From: Alphaproteobacteria bacterium
GTDB lineage: Bacteria > Pseudomonadota > Alphaproteobacteria > Rhizobiales > Xanthobacteraceae
DNA length: 51,856 nucleotides
Reading direction: 5' to 3'
Assembly: GCA_005883135.1 (NCBI GenBank)
Contig: VAZM01000070.1
Coordinates: 1 to 51,856, forward strand
Part shown: piece after piece, positions 18,878-30,443 of the stretch
How the letters are laid out: each line of letters begins with the position of its first letter
Position numbering within the stretch: position 1 is the first letter of the stretch
Notes under the pieces: generated by a model
The model's input: only the letters and a program-made list of their open reading frames with translations
Told to the model about the DNA's origin: nothing
Databases searched by the model: none
Made by a program: the position numbers and the translations under genes

Positions 18878-19729
18878 ATGTCGCTGCTCAACCGGATGAC
18901 TCTACTGGCGATGATGATCATCGCCATGCTGGGGGCAGGGGAACCTGCTCTGGCGGGGCTCGGGCAGCCCTCGCCGTGGCAGTTGGGGCTGCAGGAGTCG
19001 GCGTCGCCGGTGATGACCGACATCATCTGGTTCCACGATTTCTTGCTCTACATCATCACCGCAATTGCTGGCTTCGTGCTCGCCTTGCTGATCGTGGTCA
19101 TGGTGCGGTTCAATGCGCGCGCCAATCCGATTCCATGGCGGACCACACACAATACCCTGATCGAGATTGCGTGGACGATCATCCCCATCATGATCCTGAT
19201 GTTTATTGCCGTGCCTTCGTTCAAGCTCCTGTTCCTTCAACTCAACGTCCCGGCCGCCGATCTGACGGTCAAGGCGACCGGCAAACAGTGGTACTGGAGC
19301 TACAGCTACCCGGACAATGGCGAGTTCGAGTTCGATTCGTTGATGCTCAAGGACGGCGAGCGCAAGGAGGGCCAGCCGCGGCTGCTCGCCGTTGACAACG
19401 AAATGGTGGTGCCGGTCAACAAGATCGTCCACGTGATCACCACCGGTTCGGACGTCATACACTCCTTCGCGGTGCCGTCGTTCGGCATCAAGATCGACGC
19501 CGTTCCCGGCCGCATCAACGAGACTTGGTTCACGGCGACCAAGGAAGGTATCTATTATGGTCAGTGCTCGGAACTGTGCGGCAAGGATCACGCGTTCATG
19601 CCGATTGCGGTTCGCGTCGTGAGTGAACAGGCATTCTCCGCCTGGATCGAGGACGCCAAGAAGAAATACGCTCGTAATGAAGGGCTGCCGTCGACCGCGG
19701 TCGCGTCAGCGCAACGACTGCCGCAGTGA
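18878..19729 (+). CDS. coxB: cytochrome c oxidase subunit II (aa3 type)
   Basis: 283 aa. CuA site HSFAVPSFGIKIDAVPGR...CSELCGKDHAFMP. GAAGGAG upstream of the ATG. Confidence 0.95.
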   Translation: MSLLNRMTLLAMMIIAMLGAGEPALAGLGQPSPWQLGLQESASPVMTDIIWFHDFLLYIITAIAGFVLALLIVVMVRFNARANPIPWRTTHNTLIEIAWTIIPIMILMFIAVPSFKLLFLQLNVPAADLTVKATGKQWYWSYSYPDNGEFEFDSLMLKDGERKEGQPRLLAVDNEMVVPVNKIVHVITTGSDVIHSFAVPSFGIKIDAVPGRINETWFTATKEGIYYGQCSELCGKDHAFMPIAVRVVSEQAFSAWIEDAKKKYARNEGLPSTAVASAQRLPQ

Positions 19730-19775
19730 GCCCGGGGAGCGGGGTTCTGCGCGGACGAAAATCTGAAGGACCTAA

Positions 19776-21383
<1,608 letters not shown>

Positions 21384-21416
21384 TGAGCTGCAGCCGCGTA
21401 TGTCGGGTCTTCAACA

Positions 21417-22373
21417 GTGAGCGCGGGATCGATGACATCGCTGAGTGAGGGTGCACAGTTTGCCGGAAGTAGGACGGCTCCGCTCGCCTGCGAGCCGAGC
21501 ATTGCCACCGTCACGGATTACCTCGCGCTGATGAAGCCTCGCGTCATGTCGCTCGTGGTGTTCACCGCGCTGGTAAGCGTCATGATCGCGCCGGCACACA
21601 TCCATCCGATGATCGGCTTCACGGCACTCCTGTGCATCGCGGTCGGGGCCGGGGCCGCGGGTGCGCTCAACATGTGGTACGACGCAGACATAGATGCTCT
21701 GATGAGCCGCACCTCGGGCCGTCCAATTCCACGGGGGCGCGTCGCCCCCGGCGAGGCGCTCGCCTTCGGCATCGTGCTCGCCGCATTCGCCGTGGCCGTG
21801 CTCGGTCTCCTAGTGAGCTGGCTTGCGGCGGCGCTGCTTGCCTTCACGATCTTTTTCTACGTCGTTGTCTACACGGCATGGCTCAAGCGTTTGACTCCGC
21901 AAAACATCGTCATCGGCGGCGCGGCCGGCTCACTGCCTCCCGTCATCGGCTGGGCGGCAACGACGGGGGGTGTGTCGGTCGAGCCATGCCTTCTGTTCCT
22001 CATCATCTTCTTCTGGACGCCCCCGCATTTCTGGGCGTTGTCGCTCGTTCGCATCGACGACTACGCCCGGGCGCGACTTCCGATGCTCCCGGTAGTTGCC
22101 GGAGCAGAGGCAACGCGGCGGCAGATCCTGTGTTATTCCCTCGCCCTCGTACCTATCGGCGCCACGCCATGGCTTTTAGGCTATGCACATGCGCTCTATG
22201 GGGTGACCGCGCTCGTCGCCGGGGCACTGATGGTCATGTTTGCGTGGCGAGTGTGCAAACAAGGCGAAGGCGAGCACAAGGACCGCGCCGCGCATCATCT
22301 TTTCGCATTTTCGATTCTTTATCTATTCATCCTGTTCGCGGTGCTGCTGATCGATGCGCGCGTGGTGGGTTAG
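21417..22373 (+). CDS. ctaB: heme o synthase (protoheme IX farnesyltransferase)
   Basis: UbiA-family polytopic ORF (YLALMKPRV..., [15 protein letters not shown]). Start is GTG 21417 or ATG 21432. Confidence 0.92.
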   Translation: MSAGSMTSLSEGAQFAGSRTAPLACEPSIATVTDYLALMKPRVMSLVVFTALVSVMIAPAHIHPMIGFTALLCIAVGAGAAGALNMWYDADIDALMSRTSGRPIPRGRVAPGEALAFGIVLAAFAVAVLGLLVSWLAAALLAFTIFFYVVVYTAWLKRLTPQNIVIGGAAGSLPPVIGWAATTGGVSVEPCLLFLIIFFWTPPHFWALSLVRIDDYARARLPMLPVVAGAEATRRQILCYSLALVPIGATPWLLGYAHALYGVTALVAGALMVMFAWRVCKQGEGEHKDRAAHHLFAFSILYLFILFAVLLIDARVVG

Positions 22374-22400
22374 AAATGCGACACTTGACGGTGTGATGAC

Positions 22401-22559
22401 ATGGAGGAGAAGCCACAGCGAATCGTTCTCAGTGAGGAACAGAAGCGCACCCGGCGGGCACGGTCGATCGCGATTGCGCTTGCGCTTGGAGCGTTGGTCA
22501 TACTGTTTTATATCGTCACACTCGTGAAAGGACCTGCCGTACTGAACCGGCCGTTGTAA
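22401..22559 (+). CDS. 52-aa single-TM protein in the CoxF position of the cox cluster
   Basis: ATG 22401 to TAA 22557-22559 encodes [52 protein letters not shown]. It is below the ORF-track length cut-off and sits between ctaB and ctaG, as in rhizobial cox clusters. Confidence 0.6.
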   Translation: MEEKPQRIVLSEEQKRTRRARSIAIALALGALVILFYIVTLVKGPAVLNRPL

Positions 22560-22564
22560 TCGCC

Positions 22565-23158
22565 ATGGGTATGTCAAGGATCTCCCCACAACGGCGCCGC
22601 GATGTTCTGGTCGCGGGCGCATGCGGGGTTTTCGTCGCGGCGATGATCGGCGCCGCCTATGCGGCTGTGCCCCTCTACAACTGGTTCTGTCGAACGACCG
22701 GATTCGGCGGCACACCTCAGGTCGCCACCGCCGCCCCCGCTGATATTCTGGACCGCAAGCTCAAGGTGCGTTTCGACGCCAACGTCGCCGGCGGGCTGCC
22801 CTGGCGCTTCGAGCCGGAGCAGAATTCAATCGAGGTCAAAGTCGGCGAGGTGGTGACCGTCAGCTATCGCGTCGTCAACGAATCGGCGCGCGAGACGGTG
22901 GGAATTGCCTCCTATAACGTCTCGCCGCCCACCGTCGGTGCGTACTTTTCGAAGATCAACTGTTTCTGCTTCACCGATCAGCGGCTCAAGGCTGGCGAAA
23001 CACGCGATATGGCGGTGGTCTTTTTCGTCGCCCCGGACATCGTGAAGGATTCGGAGCAGGATGGTGTCGAGACCATCACGCTCTCCTACACCATGTATCC
23101 GGCGCGCCAAACTGAACCGGTGCGAGGAGAGAACGGTGCAGCGGCCGGACGAAGCTGA
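22565..23158 (+). CDS. ctaG: cytochrome c oxidase assembly protein CtaG/Cox11
   Basis: 197 aa. [16 protein letters not shown] and a CFCF copper motif. Confidence 0.93.
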   Translation: MGMSRISPQRRRDVLVAGACGVFVAAMIGAAYAAVPLYNWFCRTTGFGGTPQVATAAPADILDRKLKVRFDANVAGGLPWRFEPEQNSIEVKVGEVVTVSYRVVNESARETVGIASYNVSPPTVGAYFSKINCFCFTDQRLKAGETRDMAVVFFVAPDIVKDSEQDGVETITLSYTMYPARQTEPVRGENGAAAGRS

Positions 23159-23216
23159 AACAGCGAGCAGAAAACGAGCGCGGTAGCTGCCTCGCCGCGG
23201 AACGGAGAAACTCAAG

Positions 23217-24080
23217 ATGGCCGAAGCTCACGCCAAGCCGCACCATGACTACCATCTCGTCGCCCCGAGCCCTTGGCCGGCGGTCGGCGCGGTGTCGGCA
23301 TTTGTGACGGCATTTGGCGGAATTGCCTGGATGCACCACATGTTCGCGGCGGCGCCATATATCTTTGGCGTCGGCGTAATCGGCATCGCCTATACGATGA
23401 TCGGGTGGTGGACCGACGTGGCCCGTGAAGCCACCTATGAGGGTTATCACACCCGCGTCGTCCAGATCTCCCACCGCTACGGCATGATTCTATTCATCGC
23501 TTCCGAGGTGATGTTTTTCGTGGCGTGGTTCTGGGCTTATTTCAACAGTGCGCTGTTCCCGGCCGACGTGCAGCAGATCACGCGCGAGCAGCTGTTCGGC
23601 GGGGTATGGCCGCCAAAGGGAATCGAGACGTTCGATCCCTGGCACCTGCCTCTGCTCAACACGCTCATCCTCCTCACCTCCGGCACGACGGTGACTTGGG
23701 CCCATCACGCGCTTCTGGAGAACGACCGGCAAGGGCTGAAGTGGGGTCTCATTCTCACCATCGCGCTTGGATTGGCATTCACCTGCGTTCAGGCCTACGA
23801 GTATAGCCACGCAGGGTTCAATTACAGCGGCAACATCTACGGTGCCACGTTCTTCATGGCCACCGGCTTCCACGGCGCGCATGTCATCATCGGCTCGACG
23901 TTCCTGATCGTCTGCCTGCTCCGCGCTTATCTCGGACACTTTACGCCCACGCAGCATCTCGGTTTTGAATTCGCCGCCTGGTATTGGCATTTCGTCGACG
24001 TCGTGTGGATCTTCTTGTTTTCCTGCATTTACGTGTGGGGTTCGGGCGGAGCGAGCGCGGCACATGCCGCCGGCCATTAG
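23217..24080 (+). CDS. ctaE: cytochrome c oxidase subunit III
   Basis: 287 aa with 7 TM segments. WYWHFVDVVWIFLF. Confidence 0.95.
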   Translation: MAEAHAKPHHDYHLVAPSPWPAVGAVSAFVTAFGGIAWMHHMFAAAPYIFGVGVIGIAYTMIGWWTDVAREATYEGYHTRVVQISHRYGMILFIASEVMFFVAWFWAYFNSALFPADVQQITREQLFGGVWPPKGIETFDPWHLPLLNTLILLTSGTTVTWAHHALLENDRQGLKWGLILTIALGLAFTCVQAYEYSHAGFNYSGNIYGATFFMATGFHGAHVIIGSTFLIVCLLRAYLGHFTPTQHLGFEFAAWYWHFVDVVWIFLFSCIYVWGSGGASAAHAAGH

Positions 24081-24109
24081 CCGCGCGTCAGCGCATGTGC
24101 GGCTTTTTC
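24080..24109 (+). terminator. rho-independent terminator after ctaE
   Basis: 9-bp stem (24080-24088 pairs with 24095-24103, two G-U pairs), 6-nt loop, then TTTTT at 24104-24108. Confidence 0.55.
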
Positions 24110-24282
24110 TGTCGAGGTAATTGGTTCGCGGCCCGAGCGTTGAGGCGGATCCGCCGCTAAGATCGATCAGCGCGCGCCAGCTACCTGCGGGCGAAATCGG
24201 CGCTGATGCCGCATCTCGATTTGGCCGCGACGCCGGGATGTCGGCCCGGAGGTGACGGCCGCTGCGAAACGAGAGGTCGGTT

Positions 24283-25659
24283 ATGGCGGAGTATGACGCG
24301 ATCATCATCGGTACGGGGCAGGCTGGGCCGCCTTTGGCGCGGCGGCTAGTGGCTGCAAACTGGAAGGTTGCTGTCATCGAGCGGAAGTTTTTCGGCGGCA
24401 CCTGCGTCAACACCGGCTGTACCCCGACCAAGGCTTTGGTCGCGAGCGCCTATGCGGCGTATCTCGCACATCGCGCCGCCGACTACGGCGTGACCATCGG
24501 CGGTCGCGTCGGCGTGGATATGAAGGCGGTGAAGGCGCGCAAGGACGCCATTTCGCTCCCGTCGCGCCAGGGGGTCGAGCGATCGTTGAAGCAGCTGAAA
24601 GGATGTACGGTGCTGGAAGGTCATGGCCGCTTCGTCGGACCGAAGCGCGTGCAAGTCGGTGATGAGGCTCTCACCGCCGACAAGATTTTCATCAACGTGG
24701 GCGGCAGGGCGGTGGTACCGCCCATCCCCGGACTCGATCAAATCTCGTACCTCACCAACAGCTCCATGATGGATGTGGATTTTCTGCCGCCGCACCTCAT
24801 CGTGCTCGGCGGGAGCTATGTGGGGCTCGAATTTGCGCAAATGTATCGCCGCTTCGGAAGCGAGGTCACGGTCGTCGAGCTTGCGGCGCATTTGATCGCC
24901 CGCGAGGACGAGGATGTCTCGCGCGCCGTTGCCGAAATCCTCAAGGACGAAAAGATCGACGTCCGCGTCAACAGCAAGGTGGTCGCGGTGGGCAAACACG
25001 GCAACGACATCGCCGTCACCCTAGAGGGTGGAGGGGCAAAGTCGCAGGTCATTGGTTCTCACCTCTTGCTCGCGATCGGACGACAGCCGAACACGGACGA
25101 TCTTGGTCTCGACAAGGCAGGCGTGGCCACCAATTCCCGCGGCTATATCGAAGTCGACGACCAGTTGCGCACCAATGTCCCCGGCATCTGGGCGTTAGGC
25201 GATTGCAACGGAAAAGGTGCCTTTACTCACACAACCTGGAACGATTACGAGATCGTCGCGGCGAACTTTCTCGACAACGACCCGCGGCGCGTCAGCGATC
25301 GCATTACCGCTTACGCGCTGTACACGGATCCGCCGCTCGGTCGCGCCGGCATGACCGAGGCGGAAGTGCGCAAAACCGGCCGGCCGGCGCTGATCGCGAC
25401 CATGGCCATGGAAGACGTGAGCCGAGCATTCGAGAAAGGTGAGACGAAAGGTTTCATGAAGATTTTGGTCGACAAGGAGACGAAGCAGATACTCGGGGCG
25501 TCGCTTCTGGGGCTTTCCGGCGACGAGGCGATTCACTGCATCCTGGACGTGATGTATGCCAAGGCGCCATACACGGTTCTGCAGAGAGCCATGCACATTC
25601 ATCCGACGGTCTCCGAGTTCATTCCAACGATGTTGGGTGACCTCAGTCCGTTAGCATGA
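24283..25659 (+). CDS. class I pyridine nucleotide-disulfide oxidoreductase (FAD-dependent; often auto-annotated as mercuric reductase or dihydrolipoyl dehydrogenase family)
   Basis: 458 aa. FAD GxGxxG (IIGTGQAGP), redox-active CxxxxC (GGTCVNTGCTPTK), second Rossmann fold (VLGGSYVGLE), C-terminal HPTVSE. Confidence 0.85.
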   Translation: MAEYDAIIIGTGQAGPPLARRLVAANWKVAVIERKFFGGTCVNTGCTPTKALVASAYAAYLAHRAADYGVTIGGRVGVDMKAVKARKDAISLPSRQGVERSLKQLKGCTVLEGHGRFVGPKRVQVGDEALTADKIFINVGGRAVVPPIPGLDQISYLTNSSMMDVDFLPPHLIVLGGSYVGLEFAQMYRRFGSEVTVVELAAHLIAREDEDVSRAVAEILKDEKIDVRVNSKVVAVGKHGNDIAVTLEGGGAKSQVIGSHLLLAIGRQPNTDDLGLDKAGVATNSRGYIEVDDQLRTNVPGIWALGDCNGKGAFTHTTWNDYEIVAANFLDNDPRRVSDRITAYALYTDPPLGRAGMTEAEVRKTGRPALIATMAMEDVSRAFEKGETKGFMKILVDKETKQILGASLLGLSGDEAIHCILDVMYAKAPYTVLQRAMHIHPTVSEFIPTMLGDLSPLA

Positions 25660-25740
25660 GCGCAGCCACGATGCCGATACTTGCGGTTCGGGGCTGGGCG
25701 CGCCATTTATCCGCTAGTTCCTCTCAGTCCGGCGTTCCGA

Positions 25741-26127
25741 GTGACGTATCATCCTGAAGCACCGGCCTCGCCTTTCGCCTCCGGCCTCATGGGCCGTTGT
25801 CCGTGCTGCGGCAAGGGGCATCTCTTCCGGGGATTTCTTGCGTTGCGCCCGCGCTGCGAGACGTGCGGCCTTGATTTCTCGTTTGCCGACGCCGCTGACG
25901 GGCCCGCGTTTTTCGTCATGTTTCTTGCCGGCTTCATCGTCGCGGGCTCGGCTCTGGCGGTGGAGGTCCTTTATGCGCCACCCTATTGGGTGCACGCGCT
26001 GTTATGGGGACCGCTAATCCTCATCACGACGTTGTTGCCGTTGCGCCCGGTCAAAGGACTTCTGATCGCGCTGCAATATCACCACAAGGCCGCCGAAAGC
26101 CGGTTTACCGGCGGCGGAGCGCCGTGA
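25741..26127 (+). CDS. DUF983 family membrane protein
   Basis: GTG 25741 (VTYHPEAPASPFASGLMGRCPCCGKG...CETCG) followed by two TM helices. The stop overlaps the SURF1 start. Confidence 0.8.
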   Translation: MTYHPEAPASPFASGLMGRCPCCGKGHLFRGFLALRPRCETCGLDFSFADAADGPAFFVMFLAGFIVAGSALAVEVLYAPPYWVHALLWGPLILITTLLPLRPVKGLLIALQYHHKAAESRFTGGGAP

Positions 26128-26879
26128 GCGCTGCATCAGCATGGCGATGGCGATCGGGGTTTGCCGTGCCGGCGGTGTTCGCGCTGGGGGCCATCGTAAT
26201 CTTCGTCGCGCTCGGTAGCTGGCAGCTTCAGCGCAAGGCATGGAAGGAAGCGCTGATCGAAAGTCTTGAACAGCGTCTTTCCGCACCGCCGGTCGATCTG
26301 CCGCCGCGGGAGCGCTGGGCCACGCTTGATGCGGCCCGCGACGAATTCCGCCGCGTGAAGTTCTCGGCCGCCTTGCTGCCTGGCGTCGAAGCGCTCGTTT
26401 ATACCAGCGGTTCGGCCTTGCGCAGCGACGTTTCCGGACCAGGGTATTGGGTATTCGCGCCGGCCCGGCTCCCCGCCGGCGGCCTGGTCGTCGTAAATCG
26501 CGGCTTCGTGCCGCAGGGATGGCAGGCTCCGGCAAGCCGTGATCTTGGCGGCACGCCGGCCGAGACCGAGTTAGTCGGCGTCATGCGCTGGCCGGAATCG
26601 CGCGGCGTCTTCTCCCCCAAAGATGATCCTGACCACAATCTTTGGTTCGTGCGCGAACCGGTCGCAATTGCAGCCACCAAAGGCTGGGGCGACGTCGCGC
26701 CGTTCTACATCGAGTTGGAAAGCCCGCAGCCAGCCAGCGGGCTCCCCCGCGCCGGACGTCTCGGGGCGAATTTGCGTAACGAGCATCTCCAATATGCGAT
26801 CACTTGGTACGGCCTGGCATTGGTTGTGGTCATCATGTTCGGGTTTTGGGTCAGCGGCCGAGCGGGACGCGCGGCGTGA
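26124..26879 (+). CDS. SURF1 family cytochrome oxidase biogenesis protein
   Basis: GTG 26124 overlaps TGA 26125-26127. GSWQLQRKAWK ... NEHLQYAITWYGLA. The track ORF start at 25986 overlaps DUF983 and is unlikely. Confidence 0.85.
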   Translation: MSAASAWRWRSGFAVPAVFALGAIVIFVALGSWQLQRKAWKEALIESLEQRLSAPPVDLPPRERWATLDAARDEFRRVKFSAALLPGVEALVYTSGSALRSDVSGPGYWVFAPARLPAGGLVVVNRGFVPQGWQAPASRDLGGTPAETELVGVMRWPESRGVFSPKDDPDHNLWFVREPVAIAATKGWGDVAPFYIELESPQPASGLPRAGRLGANLRNEHLQYAITWYGLALVVVIMFGFWVSGRAGRAA

Positions 26880-27026
26880 GCGGCCTGGGGCGCTTTCCTT
26901 GTGGAGGCGCCGTCTTCCCACTATGTTGGCCCACGTAGCTTCGCGGAGCCTGACGTCGTTCCGGGAAGACTTAACGAATTCAAGCTGTTAGCTCGTATGC
27001 CCGCTCGGCCGGGAAAGCCGAGTGCG

Positions 27027-28424
27027 ATGGCGACTTTAGTCTCCGAACGGAGCCCGCGGCGCGTGCATTACGTTTCCACCCGAGGCGAGGCCCCGACCCT
27101 CGGTTTTGCCGAGGCCATGCTGGCCGGGCTTGCCCGCGACGGCGGCCTTTACGTGCCGACCGCATGGCCGCGGTTCGATGCCGAGACCATCGCCGGTTTT
27201 GCCGGCCGGCCTTATGCCGAAGTCGCGGTGGAGGTCATCCGGCCTTTTGTCGGCGACGCCATCCCCCAGAGTGATCTCGCCCGCATGACGCGCGAGGCGT
27301 ATGGCAGGTTTCGCCATCCGGCGGTCGCTCCGCTCGTGCAGTTCGGCATGAGCGATTTCATACTTGAGCTGTTTCACGGGCCCACGCTCGCGTTCAAGGA
27401 CTTGGCGATGCAGCTGCTCAGCCGGCTCATGGACGAGGTGCTCACGGCGCGAGGCGAGCGCACCACCATCGTGGTCGCTACGTCCGGCGACACCGGCGGA
27501 GCCGCGGTCGAAGCGTTTCGCGGCCGCGCACGAGTGGATCTTTTCGTGCTCTTCCCGCAGGGACGCATCTCCGACGTGCAGCGGCGAATGATGACGACGG
27601 TGGCCGACGACAATGTCCACACGCTGGCGATCGAGGGGACATTCGACGATTGCCAAGCGATCGTGAAGGGCATGTTCGACCACCACGCCTTTCGCGACCA
27701 AGTGCGGCTCTCTGGCGTGAACTCCATCAATTGGGCGCGCATCGTCGCACAGGTGGTGTACTATTTCACCGCCGCCGTCGCGCTCGGCTCCCCGCGGCGA
27801 AAGGTGGCCTTCACCGTGCCGACCGGCAATTTCGGCGACGTCTATGCGGGCTACGTCGCGCTGTGCATGGGCCTGCCCATCGATCGCCTCACCGTTGCGA
27901 CCAACGTCAACGACATCCTGGCGCGGACCATCGACATCCAGGTCGCGTCGAATTTCGAGCGCCTCGTGTTCGACATCTATCGCCGCGACGGCCGGGTGGT
28001 GCGCGCACTGATGGCCTCCCTCGCTCAATCGCGCCGGTTTGCGCTGTCGGCGTCCGCGCTCTCGGCGTTGCGCGCCGTGTTTTCCGCCGACCGCGCCGAC
28101 GAGGAAGAGACCGCGGCAACTATCCGCACCATGCTGCGGGAGACCGAGCAGCTTATCGATCCCCACACGGCGGTGGGCATTGCGGTCGCCGAGAAGGAAA
28201 TCCGGGATCAATCGATTCCGATGATCGTGCTCGGCACGGCCCACCCGGCCAAATTTCCCGATGCCGTAGAGGCGGCTAGCGGCGTGCGCCCGCAGCTGCC
28301 CGAATGGCTCGCCGACCTCGATCGCCGGCCGGAGCGCGTCATCCGGATGCCGGTCGACCAGAGGGCCATCGAGCACCATATTGTCTCGGCCAGTCGTGCC
28401 GCACATGAAGGAGCCGCTGCATGA
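27027..28424 (+). CDS. thrC: threonine synthase (class II)
   Basis: YVSTRGE N-terminus, PLP-lysine block FHGPTLAFKD, SGDTGGA, GNFGD. Start is ATG 27027 or GTG 27063 (VHYVSTRGE). See the finding on a missing internal segment. Confidence 0.9.
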   Translation: MATLVSERSPRRVHYVSTRGEAPTLGFAEAMLAGLARDGGLYVPTAWPRFDAETIAGFAGRPYAEVAVEVIRPFVGDAIPQSDLARMTREAYGRFRHPAVAPLVQFGMSDFILELFHGPTLAFKDLAMQLLSRLMDEVLTARGERTTIVVATSGDTGGAAVEAFRGRARVDLFVLFPQGRISDVQRRMMTTVADDNVHTLAIEGTFDDCQAIVKGMFDHHAFRDQVRLSGVNSINWARIVAQVVYYFTAAVALGSPRRKVAFTVPTGNFGDVYAGYVALCMGLPIDRLTVATNVNDILARTIDIQVASNFERLVFDIYRRDGRVVRALMASLAQSRRFALSASALSALRAVFSADRADEEETAATIRTMLRETEQLIDPHTAVGIAVAEKEIRDQSIPMIVLGTAHPAKFPDAVEAASGVRPQLPEWLADLDRRPERVIRMPVDQRAIEHHIVSASRAAHEGAAA

Positions 28425-29692
28425 GCGTCGAAGTCACGCGTCTTCCAACCGGGCTTGTGGTGGTGACCGACGCGATGCCGCATTTGGAGACCGCTGCGCT
28501 TGGCGTCTGGGTCGGCTCCGGCAGCCGCGACGAGCAGCCGGACGAGCATGGCATCTCGCATCTGCTCGAGCACATGGCGTTCAAGGGAACCTCCCGGCGC
28601 ACAGCCCGGCAAATTGCCGAGGAGATAGAGGCGGTGGGCGGGGACCTTAACGCGGCGACCTCGGTCGAGACGACCGCATATTATGCACGCGTTCTGCGCG
28701 GCCCCGTGCCGCTCGCACTGGATGTGCTGTCCGATATCCTTGCCGACCCCGCTTTCGATCCCGAGGAGCTACGGCGCGAGCAGAACGTCATCGTGCAGGA
28801 GATCGGGGCATCCGAGGACGCGCCGGACGACCTCATCTGGGACAAGCTGCAAGAGACCGCCTTCCCCAGTCAGCCGATTGGCCGCTCCATCCTCGGCACG
28901 CCGGCCACCGTGCGATCGTTCGATCGCTCGCGTCTGGGGGCCTATCTGCGACGTAACTATCGCGGCCCCGACATGATCGTCGTAGCGACAGGCGCGGTTG
29001 AGCATCTAGCCGTGGTGGCGGAAGTGGAAAGCCGATTCGCGAGTTTCGCCGGGCCGGGACCCGTTACGCCTGAACCGGCGCGCTTCATTGGTGGCTCCCG
29101 CATCGAGACGCGCGATCTCGAGCAAGTTCACATCGCGCTCGCCATGCATGGCTTGCCGCATCGTGATCCAAACCTTCCTAGCCTACAGGTGTTCACCAAC
29201 GTGCTCGGTGGAGGCATGTCCTCGCGCTTGTTCCAGGAGGTGCGCGAGCAGCGCGGCCTCTGCTACGCGATCTATGCCTTCCATGCACCTTATTCGGACG
29301 TCGGAATGTTTGGCCTGTACGCCGGAACGGATGCGGCCGACGTCCCCGAGTTGATGCACGTCGTGGTAGGCGAGATAAATGCCGCCGCCGAAACTATCAA
29401 CGAGGCGGAAGTCGCGCGCGCGAAGGCGCAAATGAAAGCCGGATTGCTGATGGCCCTCGAGAGCTCAACGGCCCGCGCCGAGCAGCTCGCGCGCCAGCTT
29501 TTGAATTGGGGGCGCCCCATTCCGCTCCAGGAACTGGTCGCAAAAATTGAAGCCGTCACGGTCGAGAGCGCCCGCGCCGCTGGGCGCGCACTGATTACGC
29601 GTGGTCGGCCCGCCATCGCCGCGCTCGGTCCCGGTCCTGGACTTGAAAGTGCCGCCACGATCGCCGACAGTCTCGCTCGCCGGGCAGCGTGA
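28421..29692 (+). CDS. M16 family zinc metallopeptidase (pitrilysin/MPP-like)
   Basis: 423 aa with HxxEH motif (HLLEHMAFKG). ATGA overlap with the thrC stop. Confidence 0.9.
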   Translation: MSVEVTRLPTGLVVVTDAMPHLETAALGVWVGSGSRDEQPDEHGISHLLEHMAFKGTSRRTARQIAEEIEAVGGDLNAATSVETTAYYARVLRGPVPLALDVLSDILADPAFDPEELRREQNVIVQEIGASEDAPDDLIWDKLQETAFPSQPIGRSILGTPATVRSFDRSRLGAYLRRNYRGPDMIVVATGAVEHLAVVAEVESRFASFAGPGPVTPEPARFIGGSRIETRDLEQVHIALAMHGLPHRDPNLPSLQVFTNVLGGGMSSRLFQEVREQRGLCYAIYAFHAPYSDVGMFGLYAGTDAADVPELMHVVVGEINAAAETINEAEVARAKAQMKAGLLMALESSTARAEQLARQLLNWGRPIPLQELVAKIEAVTVESARAAGRALITRGRPAIAALGPGPGLESAATIADSLARRAA

Positions 29693-29774
29693 AGTCTGAT
29701 GATGGACGAGGGATTCCAAGAGCGGCGTTCCGCTGTCGCTCGTGCGTCTGCTTACGGTCTGGTTGCTGATCATC

Positions 29775-30353
29775 ATGGCATTCTTCCGCACCGTCAGCTT
29801 GGCCGATCAGATGCCCGCCGTCGCCGGCGATGGCGTCGTGCTACGAAGCCCGCAGATGTCCGACTGGGCCGAATGGGCGGCGTTGCGCGAAGCAAGTCGC
29901 GATTTCCTCACGCCGTGGGAGCCGACGTGGCCCGCCGACGATCTCACCCGCGCGTCCTTTCGCCGGCGCATCAGGCGCTATTCCGAAGATCAGCGCAACG
30001 ACCTCGCCTACGCGTTCTTCATTTTTCGCAAGGATGACGACGTAGTACTGGGCGGATTGACGCTCGCCAATATTCGCCGGGGCTGTGCCCAGGCGGCGAG
30101 CCTCGGGTATTGGATCGGGGCAGCCTACGCGCGCCAAGGTCATATGACGGCGGCGGTAAATTCGATCGTCCCGTTCGCCTTCGGAACGCTGAAGCTTCAC
30201 CGCATCGAAGCCGCCTGCATTCCCGCGAATGTTGCGTCGGTTCGGCTCCTGGAGAAAACGGGTTTCAGGCGCGAGGGCTTTGCCCGCCAATACCTGTGCA
30301 TCGATGGCATCTGGCAGGACCATCTGCTGTTCGCCCGTCTTAAGGACGATTAG
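29775..30353 (+). CDS. GNAT family N-acetyltransferase (RimJ/RimL-like)
   Basis: Preferred ATG 29775 (MAFFRTVSLAD). GNAT core GYWIGAAYARQGHMTAAV ... RLLEKTGFRREG. Confidence 0.85.
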   Translation: MAFFRTVSLADQMPAVAGDGVVLRSPQMSDWAEWAALREASRDFLTPWEPTWPADDLTRASFRRRIRRYSEDQRNDLAYAFFIFRKDDDVVLGGLTLANIRRGCAQAASLGYWIGAAYARQGHMTAAVNSIVPFAFGTLKLHRIEAACIPANVASVRLLEKTGFRREGFARQYLCIDGIWQDHLLFARLKDD

Positions 30354-30443
30354 CCGCGTCCCGCCGGCCTTGGGACCGCCATGAATTGGTGGATATAAGC
30401 TTCAAAAAGGCCGGGTGTTTTGTCAAAAAGCCGAGTAATTCCA

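Noticed and set aside
24144-24155. Perfect 12-nt palindrome GGCGGATCCGCC upstream of the oxidoreductase gene.
   Set aside because: It is short, matches no operator consensus I know, and has no second copy in the window.
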